Assembly (NCBI GenBank): GCA_951406725.2
Contig: OX597816.1
Coordinates: 159,340,001 to 159,404,000 of the forward strand
Direction of reading: 5' to 3'
From: Octopus vulgaris
Taxonomy: Eukaryota
DNA length: 64,000 nucleotides
This document shows positions 55,278 through 64,000 of the stretch, piece by piece; position 1 is the first letter of the stretch; every line of letters starts with the position of its first letter. The position numbers and the translations under genes were made by a program. The notes beneath the pieces were generated by a model. The model saw only the letters and a list, made by a program, of their open reading frames with translations. It did not search any database and was not told the DNA's origin.

Positions 55278-55892
55278 CAGGGTGTTCAAAAAGTCTCTCC
55301 GCAGTAAGTATTTTATTGCAAAATAGATATTTATAAGATGGTATAAGACTACAAAAGAATATATTAGACTTTACAAGGCTTTAAAAAACTTTATAAGATG
55401 TATTGAAAGTGTCGGCCTTCATTTTCAATACATAAAATTTAATTTCCTTTTTACTGCCGTATCAGCACTTCCTAGGCTGATTTCCGTTTCCTGTGACAAT
55501 TTGCGTTAGGACTTTGACGGGTTTGCCAACAGTTTATCAGAAATATTGGTGAGTGTTTCGTCTGAAAGAACAGTAGGCTTACCGCTTCTTGCTGCATCTT
55601 CCACTGAGCCTGTGTTTCCAAATTTTCTTATCAAATCCCGCACAGTGTCACGATGTGGAACAACGGTATTTGGAAAAGTTTCACTGAACTGAAAAGTTTC
55701 ACAGTCTCTGTGTATTTGTTCCAGCTTAAAACACCTATTCAATTAAAAACATGGTTAGCATGTTGACATGCTGAAGGGTACACAATGACCGAGGGGCAAT
55801 GGCCGACACCCAGCCACCCACGCAGTGACAGCCAAGTTGCGCATGCGCAGGATGAAAAAAATTCACTGCGGAGAGACTTTTTGAACACCCTG
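55278..55892 (-). mobile_element. Internally deleted Tc1/mariner-superfamily element
   Basis: Perfect 28-bp TIRs CAGGGTGTTCAAAAAGTCTCTCCGCAGT with TA TSD. Minus ORF 55506-55742 (F...FP...P.RDTVRDLIRKFGNTGSVEDAARSGKP) is the N-terminal HTH of a transposase; the catalytic domain is missing. Confidence 0.92.
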
Positions 55893-56163
55893 TATAAATC
55901 AGGTTATACCTTTGTTACCAGGAAGACGTGATCTTTTTACATTCACCTCGACACCTGAATTACACACGGACACTTTCGAGACTTAAACATTTTTGAGTAG
56001 ATCACTGCGAAGTACATGGAGGCGAAAGGTGGTCATGTTTGTGGTTGTGTTGGTGGTGGGAGATCAAATCCGAGTGGTGGCTTCTTCCTAGTTTGCGGGG
56101 TGGTGTGTTCATTTCTTTTTTTTTTGTGTGTTTTATTCATGTATGTCATTTAATTTATAACTA

Positions 56164-56674
56164 CCGTAAATACTCGAGTACAGTCCGCTCTTGAGTATAA
56201 TACGCAGGGGATTTTTAGGGGACTGTACCTCTGACAAACCTAAACCTTGTGTATAATATGCACCCCTTCTCTAACTTGAGTCAAGGAGATCTATATAACG
56301 TCCTTGATTTGTAAAAATGTATACGGTAACGTCCTTTATTATTATTGTATATAAACATAATGCAAACGTGTAGCTTTTTCGTGCATTTTGTTTGCAGAAA
56401 ATAAAGAAATAACACTAATAACGTTTAATAAATGTTGCTTAATGCAAGTTATGGATGATTCTTTTATGACTTCATTGCTTTCTGGCTTAGCTTAAGGTAT
56501 TTTCGCGCCCGACATCACAAAATACGCCTGAATAAACATTGCCGGACAGCAAATAGTGACTCGGACATTGCTTAGAAAATATTTTTCATTTTTAACCTTG
56601 TATATAGTACGCACTAGGGATTTTGACCTTTAAATTTTGGGGAGAAAATGCGGATTATACTCGAGGATTTATGG
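56164..56674. mobile_element. pogo/Tigger-like MITE
   Basis: TA|CCGTAAATACTCGAGTACAGTCCGC ... GCGGATTATACTCGAGGATTTATGG|TA, with internal GTATAATA(C/T)GCA repeats. Confidence 0.8.
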
Positions 56675-56686
56675 TATGTATCTGTG

Positions 56687-56906
56687 TAAGGCGGCGAGCT
56701 GGCAAAATCGGTAAGGCGTCGGACAACAATACTTAGCGGCATTTTTTTCTGGCTCTTCACGATCTGAGTTCAAATACACCGAGGTCGATTTTGCATTTCA
56801 TTCTTTCCGGGTTGATAAAAGAAGTACTAGTTGAGCACTGGGATCGATGTAATCGAATTACCCCTTCCCTTAATATTGCTGGCCTTAAGCCAAAATTTGA
56901 AACCAT
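56687..56906 (+). mobile_element. SINE family B copy
   Basis: Same head and core as 33330-33552. Confidence 0.8.
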
Positions 56907-57119
56907 TAATATCTGTGTATGAATATATTCACTTGGTTACCTGTGTAAATTTTGAATAAGATTGTGCCCTGATATATTACTGTAACGTCCTTGTTGCGCT
57001 CGTGGTATTTTATATAACTACACTTACACATTCCTGCATGTCTTTATAACACGTTGTTGTGTTGTTATAAATACGAACGGGAGCTGGTAACGAGGCAAAA
57101 CAGAAGAAAGGATTAAGAA

Positions 57120-57161
<42 letters not shown>

Positions 57162-57399
57162 TAGCAGCCTTGCTCTTTTTTATTACATGCTTTCATTGCT
57201 ATGTCAAGCACAGCTTTGTGCGTCTTTGGAATGTTCAGCGTTTTGTTTTTAGTTTTACATTTTCTGTTTTTTTGTCAGTCCTCTCCGTAAATATGTGTTA
57301 AATGCCTACTAGCGCAGTTTCTTTTTTATATATGCTTATTTGTATATTTTAAAACATATATTTCCTAAGGCACTTCCTTTTTTTTTTTTTTAATTGTTT

Positions 57400-57830
57400 C
57401 TGTTTACAATCCCTCATTCAGGTTATTTTTATTTCCATGTTTTTCCATATGTGAATAATTTCCCCTCCGATATGAGAGACATTTATTATCTGCTGGAACA
57501 GATACTTCGATTACGAAACAGTTCTTTCCATGGATGTCCTTGGCAACTATTTCTGGACGATTAACTTTGATCTCTTTCTCCACTTGGATTTGCATTCTAG
57601 AGTACAACTTTGTATTTTTCGCGACCTTTTGTGGTGTATGTTTAGCCAACCTCTTTTCTACTGGTATTTGTTAAAGCAGACAACATTTCCAGTGTGTAAA
57701 AAAGCAGAAAAAGCCTCAACTCTATTACGCATGTAGACATGTTTTATAACTATCTTTCTATTTGTACACCTAATTGTCAATCAAATACACACATTTTAGC
57801 ATCTCACTTTTACTATTCTTCAAAGTCACG
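57400..57830 (-). mobile_element. Second, more decayed R4/Dong-like fragment
   Basis: ORF 57404-57649: KHTPQKV...IQVEKEIKVNRPEIV...CFVIEVSVPADN, a REL endonuclease RPD-like motif. Confidence 0.7.
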
Positions 57831-60029
57831 AGCAACCTCCGGCCCTTTTTGATACATTTAAGCTTTTCATTTAAAAGATTGCATCTTTTTTTTTTCTGTT
57901 TCGTTTCATTCTTGCTCATACAGCGTTAAATACGATGCTTGTTGGAAAAGTTTAACAAACTACAAATTTTTTTTAATGGTGTGGCTCGACTCATGACAAG
58001 CAATATCTCACGCAGCCCACTGGTCGAAAAATGTTTCTCGCATCTGTTTTAACCCATGCTCTTGCACATGCCCACTCACGTTTTTGCCTCCAGCACACAT
58101 ATAGAATTAATGAGCACACAAGGAATTAATATATAAGCAAAAAGTTACCAGCCTAAAATAATGTTGTGGTTAATAATCTGATGCAGACCATTTGACAATG
58201 TTGGTGTTATTGGCAGAGACATGCAGCACGAAACTGAGGACCTACCAAAATTAATGGGGGAATAGAGATTCCTGGTGCAACGTAGAGAAATGTATCTTGG
58301 TATCGGATGCTTGGAGGAGGAGGAGGATATCCAACTATGTATCACACTTAATGTAAATACATTGTTGAAAGGCAAGTTTACTGCATTGTTCGTCTTGAGA
58401 TAACATTTCATGCATGTGCTGCATTAAAAAATATAATATATATCGAAGGGTGATGAAGATCGTCTTGTAATTAATCAATCAATTAATTGATTGAAACTTC
58501 TTGGTAAAGAAATTGCTCTTCTTTATTTCTATATTTTGTCACTAACTTATCTACTATTTCTCCTTCATGTTAACTCATTGAAAAATACTTTACTATTCCA
58601 CCATTCTACTGTATATTAATATTAACACGTAGTGCAGGCATAATTGTCTGGTTAAGTTCGCTTCACTCCAAGATCACATGGCACAGCATCCTGATCAAGT
58701 GTTTTTATGTGAGTGAAATTTGGTTCACGGAAAATGTATAATAGCCTGTCAAAGGAACCGTTCCTGTTCTTGGGTGACGTACTTATTCTATCACCTGGCT
58801 GGGGTGTATGGGGTCTCAGGAAGGGATAGCACCTTTGATGGGGGAACACGTCCCATTCTTAGGGATGGCACCCAAAACTTAGCTTTAGCTTCGAGCAGTT
58901 GTTTGCATGCAACCGGGGACACACCTCAGTAAACCGCTTCGAGTAGCCAACGGGTATGTAACTCTTGGTAAGTTAGGGCTTGCCTACCTATGCATGTGAA
59001 GTCTGGCTTCGGTAGACTCTGCGAAAGAAACCTTCATGGTTCAACGAAGAAGAAAGTAACTGCAGCAACGCATTGTGGAGTGCAGAGAGCAAGATGTCAT
59101 CAACTGCATCCATCTCCATACCCACCCCCATCCCCAGGTGTCTTGATCTGGTCTTGCCGCTGGATTAAAGATGGTTACGGACGAGAGAATGAGGTTGACG
59201 GTGCGCCTTCCTCACTTTAAAGAAAGTCACCACACACACAAGTCGCCAGTCATCTCCAGGATAACTTGATGGTCATCGTCGCCCCGAGGGACGAACATGC
59301 ATCGCCCTCTTTAACACCATCACTTGTTCTTTGAACGTCTTTAAGTAGAACTTCTGTGTTGACAATTCGGTCCAGGTCTCCAGTCTGTGAAAAACTTCCT
59401 TCTATTCATCCACCAGTCACGACCTTGAAAGGCGCCATGGTTGCTGCTCATACCTCTCCCACTCAAACTTATCTAAAAATATTGCTACTGACTGAAAGAA
59501 TTATGGGTCATAATACACAAGAGGTGCTCCTGTGTTGAGACATAACTTTCTTAGATGATCAAAACTTTGTGAGTGCAATATTTCTTTGTTACAGTCTTTC
59601 TTCTGCGCTTAAATTTCCTTACAGATATATTAAAAGGTAAGGGTTACGCTAGCACAACCTGATCTAGATAAATTTTCCAGCAGTTTGTCAATAAAAAAAT
59701 AAAAAAATTCCAGCGGTTGTCAATAACTAAATGTATCGGGTGCCTCACAAAAGGTAGCTATTTATAAATAATCTATGAGAATTTTCTTGCTATCTTTAGA
59801 ATCACGGAAAAGTGTTGCTTTGTTTGAGTGAGAAACTCAACATCGTTTATAGCAGCAATTCACATAGAAATAGGAAAAAATAGAAATCAACTAAGTGTCG
59901 CCGGCTATTTTGAACAATAATAGCGGAGAAATTCGGTGATGGGAAAATGCATTTTATTTACAAAACTTGCTTCTGCCAGTTTTGTTAACTTACAATCTCC
60001 TGTCATTTAATTTGATAATATTATGCATA

Positions 60030-60138
60030 TACACATACATACATACATACATACATACATACATACATACATACATACATACATACACATACATATATAC
60101 ATACATACATACATACATACATACATACATACATACAT

Positions 60139-60192
<54 letters not shown>
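60030..60192. repeat. (TACA)n/(CA)n/(TA)n compound microsatellite
   Basis: Directly visible. Confidence 0.95.
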
Positions 60193-60193
<1 letters not shown>

Positions 60194-60196
<3 letters not shown>

Positions 60197-60435
60197 GATA
60201 AATGTTTTATACATAAAGAACGTGAAATACAGGAAGGGACAAACACGGAACACAAACAAATCATTCGAAGCCTTCAATCTTCAGTCAGACACCGAATCAT
60301 CATAGCAAATTTCGCGAAATTTGCTATGATGATTCGGTGTCTGACTGAAGATTGAAGGCTTCGAATGATTTGTTTGTGTTCCGTGTTTGTCCCTTCCTGT
60401 ATTTCACGTTCTTTATGTATAAAACATTTATCCTT
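60194..60435. repeat. Perfect spacer-less palindrome, 121-bp arms
   Basis: Centre TTTCG|CGAAA between 60314 and 60315. The arms match base for base by eye. Confidence 0.95.
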
Positions 60436-60470
60436 ATATTATCGCGGCGTTACGTGCACCCCCCCCGTTT

Positions 60471-60517
<47 letters not shown>

Positions 60518-60601
60518 ATTTCTTTTTTTTTTAAGGCAGTGAATTGGCAGAGTCGTTAGCAAGCAGAGCAAAAGGCTTAGCAGCTATTTGTCCGTCTTTA
60601 T

Positions 60602-62575
60602 GAAATGCAAACAACCATGCATGTTCATGGCCACTTGGTCATCGGCCCCGGAAAACTCCAGGGATGACCACCATTGAATACACTGGTGTCCGGCAAACAC
60701 GATCAACTGCTCCTCTGTGTCCGCGATCGGAGCTCCGGACGTAGGTTCTTAATTGACACAGACGCATAAGTCAGCGTGATCCCAGCGTCAGCAAGGGACC
60801 TCCGTTACGGAAAACGAGGCCAACCTTTAACGGCCGCCAATGGCTCCGCAATCAAGGCGTAAGGTCGCTGCATCCTTTCTCTCAACGTCGGCTCACAAAA
60901 ATACACACGAGCATTTACCATCGCCGATGTCCATCAGCCCATTATCGGGGCAGACTTTCTTCGAGCACACTTGCTATTGATTGATTTGCAGTGGAGACGA
61001 CTCATCAAGAGCAACATGTCTCAGACAATATCTGCACATGTTGCTCTCTGCATAGCAACCGTCTCTCAAACCAAGAACGAATTCTCGAAACTCCTTGCGA
61101 GTCGCCCGACAATCTCCAAACTTACAGCCCGCCACGGAGTGACCCACAACATCCCCACTACCGCTCCCTCCCCCAGTGCACAGCCGCGCACGTTGTCTAT
61201 CACCAGACAAACTTGCTATCGCAAAGGCCGAATTTGACAATATGGAGGCGTTGGGCATTGTTCACCGATCCAGCAGTCCATGTTCGGCACCCCTCCAGGT
61301 GGTACCAAAACCCAACGGAGGTTGTGACCTTGAGAAGATTACCGCCGTCTCAACGCAGACACGACACCCGACTGCTATCCCTATTTCGTACATACAGGAC
61401 TTCTCAGCCCAGCTAGCCGGGTGCTCGGTTTTCTCGAAGGTCGACCTCATCTGACAAAACAAGCCCTGGCTAAAGCAACCATGCTGTCCTATCCTCATAT
61501 GTCAGCTTGGACTGCACTTACAGTCGATGCCTCCGACACAACCATTGGGGGCTTTTGGGATCAGAAAAAACAGTGCTTTTGACAGGGAACTGCTGGCTGT
61601 CCATCTAGGTGTCCGCCACTTTCGCTATTTTCTTGAAGTCCGCACGATTGCAATGTTCACAAACCACTCACCTTTGCTATGAGCAAGCTCTCAGAGCTTT
61701 GGTCTGCACGTCAGCAACGACAGCTATCGACCATTTCTGAGTACACCACGGACATCTAACACATAACTGGAAAAGGCAACCCAGTCGCTGACGCACTCTC
61801 TCGTGCTCTTACCTGCTCTCACACCTAACTAGCTCCAACATCTGAAGGCTTGGATTACGAGGCTATGGCTGCAGCCCAACAGACAGATGACGAGATCAGG
61901 ATCTACGCACTGTCATCACGTCACTTTCCTTGCAGGATGTGCACTTTGGCACCAACGGCACAACCCTACTGTGTGATGCATCCACTGGGAAGCCACGACC
62001 GATTGTCCCATTAGCCTGGCGCGGACTGTCCCACCTGGGTACTAGAGTCACACTTCTTCCGCGGAAATGGTGTTTGGTGCCCCTCTTACAGTGCCAGTAG
62101 AGTTCCTTCCGAACACAAAGTCAGACCCAGATGTCAAAAGGTATCTCACGCAACTGAGAGACAGTGTGGTCTAGTTGCGTCCTATTCCATGTCCACACAC
62201 AGTACACCTAAAACATCCGTACCAAATTACCTCCACACGGCTAAGTTCGTGTTCGTTCGACGTGACACACGACAAAAACCCCTCCAGTCCCCCTACGATG
62301 GCCCATATGAAGTCATATGTCCGGGAGACAAATCGTTCAAACTCCTAATTGGTAGGCAAGACACAGTTTCCATCGATAGATTGAAACCGGTCTGTCTCAA
62401 TATTGACAACCCCGTCCAAGTAGCTCAACCACCAAACAGGGTCGCCCCAGGCAAATCACACCAGTCCTTGGCAAAGAACAGTCACCAAAGAGCCGAGTGA
62501 CGACATGCACGGGCAGGGCAGTTAAAACGCCTTCCCGGTTCCAATGACAGTCAACAGTTCTGTGGAGGAGGTATA
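60602..62575 (+). mobile_element. Decayed Ty3/Gypsy internal region (protease, partial RT, RNase H, integrase C-terminus)
   Basis: RFLIDTDA*VSVIP (protease), AKAEFDNMEALGIVHRSSSPCSAPLQVVPKPNG and FSKVDL (RT), LTVDASD...FDRELLAVHLGVRHFRYFLE (RNase H), FVFVRRD...PLQSPYDGPYEV (GPY/F). Has stops and large deletions. Confidence 0.92.
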
Positions 62576-62869
62576 TGTAGGGCACTGCCCAAGGATTTAT
62601 AATGGACGAACTGTAGACAGGAACTTCGCTGCGGGCTAGCTAGGGAACTGGTCTGCAGCAAAGTGGACTTCCTGTTAAGCGGACTTCTACGAAACAGGAG
62701 TTGACTGGCGGCTGTCGTCCACATGTGTTTAATTAAATAAATTTGTCATTTATACATTCTGGGTCTCCGTTAATTTTTTTGTGTATAGCTTAGCTAAAGC
62801 TATATTAGTCTCCAAACTCAAACTCCATTTGGGCTAAACACAACCCCCTCTTTCCAGTGACATCCTACA
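62576..62869 (+). mobile_element. 3' LTR of the Gypsy element
   Basis: Follows the polypurine tract GGAGGAGG, has TGTAGG...CCTACA inverted termini and an internal AATAAA. No matching 5' LTR seen in the window. Confidence 0.8.
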
Positions 62870-62908
62870 CACACTTTTTTTAAAAACATTTTAATTTTAT
62901 TTTTAAAA

Positions 62909-63922
62909 CTAGCAGTATCGCCCGGCGTTGCTCGGGTTTGTAAGGGAAATAACTATATAAGCATTTTTAGTGAGTTATAGCAAAAAAATAGCAAAAAATG
63001 CATTAAAAATGGAATAAAAAATGATGGTAATTTTTTTTTAAATCGTTGACTCATCGTAGACATTTTTAGAGAGTTACTTCCCTTATATAATAGCGAAAAA
63101 TGCATTAAAATGGAATAAAAAATGATGGTAATTTTTTTTTTAATCGTTGACTCGTCGTAGACATTTTTAGAGAGTTACTTCCCTTATATAATAGCGAAAA
63201 ATGCATTAAAATGGAATAAAAAATGATGGTAAATTTTTTTTAAAATCGTAGACTCATCGTAGACGCGCACTAATACCCAGAAGGGCTCGATATGAATCAC
63301 GACTATAAGATACCCGGTTTTGGTTACACTGCACCGCAAAATGTGTGAGTAGTTAGGAATCTAAATCGTAGGAGACAGACACACAACCTTACTTTTATAT
63401 ATAAAGACCTGTGCAACAACTAAAACATTCGGTTGTGCAAATTGTTTGCACAGGAAACCTGCCCTGTGTGGCGGTAATTGCCGTTTTTGTGGATCTGTTT
63501 CAGCTTTTTTAGCGATTTCTGTTTTGGCGACTTCAAGCCATGAAGTCGTTGTTCTAAAAGAACGCTGGTGTCCTTGACAACGCTTTACGACGTTGATTTC
63601 CTTACACTCCCTTCCCACAGCTTCACGAGGGAGGGAAGAAGGGGGAGAAGCAACACAGGTGCAGATGTGAGCGTGGACGCCAACTCCGCCGCCATCGACA
63701 CACGAAAAAATATGCATTAAAATGGAATAAAAAATTATGTTAAATTATTTTAAAAATCGTAGACTCATCGTAGACGCGCGCTAATACACAGACGGGCTTG
63801 ATATGAATCACGACTATAAGATACCCGAATTTGGTTAAACTGCACCGCAAAATGTGGGAGTAGTTAGGAATCTAAATCGAAGGGGACAGACACTCACACA
63901 ACTACAGTTTTATATATATAGA
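62909..63922 (-). mobile_element. Non-autonomous Helitron with internal tandem repeats
   Basis: Minus strand starts TCTATATATATAAA and ends with hairpin CCCGAGCAACGCCGGG followed by CTAG|T. About 100-bp tandem units at ~62990-63260, and a duplicated block at ~63200-63405 vs ~63705-63920. Confidence 0.75.
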
Positions 63923-64000
63923 TAGATATTAAAAAAACAAATTCATTTTAATTTTGGATTTTTATTTTTTATTTTCTATCCTTCATTTTCACGTTATTTT

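Noticed and set aside
55039-55326. 95-aa charged ORF
   Set aside because: GTG start, runs into a transposon TIR, and has no recognisable domain or splice context.
59967-60355. Overlapping ORFs rich in YIHT/MYVC repeats
   Set aside because: Translations of TACA/TA microsatellites.

Overview
AT-rich eukaryotic genomic DNA, most likely from an octopus (inferred from the SINE families and microsatellite style). The left half holds the 5' part of a spliced minus-strand gene. I reconstructed six coding exons by hand (16810-16859, 4121-4195, 3021-3187, 2077-2186, 1214-1297, 669-789). All have GT-AG boundaries and consistent phases, and they encode the N-terminus and start of PAS-A of a Period (PER) clock protein; the gene runs off the left edge. 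A candidate alternative start or poison exon lies at 12245-12388. CpG is depleted up to ~30.6 kb and retained beyond, suggesting the transcription start lies at about 31-36 kb. E-box and D-box motifs lie around and upstream of that point. The right half is intergenic and dominated by repeats: two SINE families, Tc1/mariner, pogo-like and hAT MITEs, L1/Tx1, R4/Dong-like and CR1 remnants, a decayed Gypsy element with a 3' LTR, and a non-autonomous Helitron. It also has long perfect palindromes and several locally templated duplications. Nearly all ORFs in the supplied track are spurious. All analysis was by eye; no searches were run.
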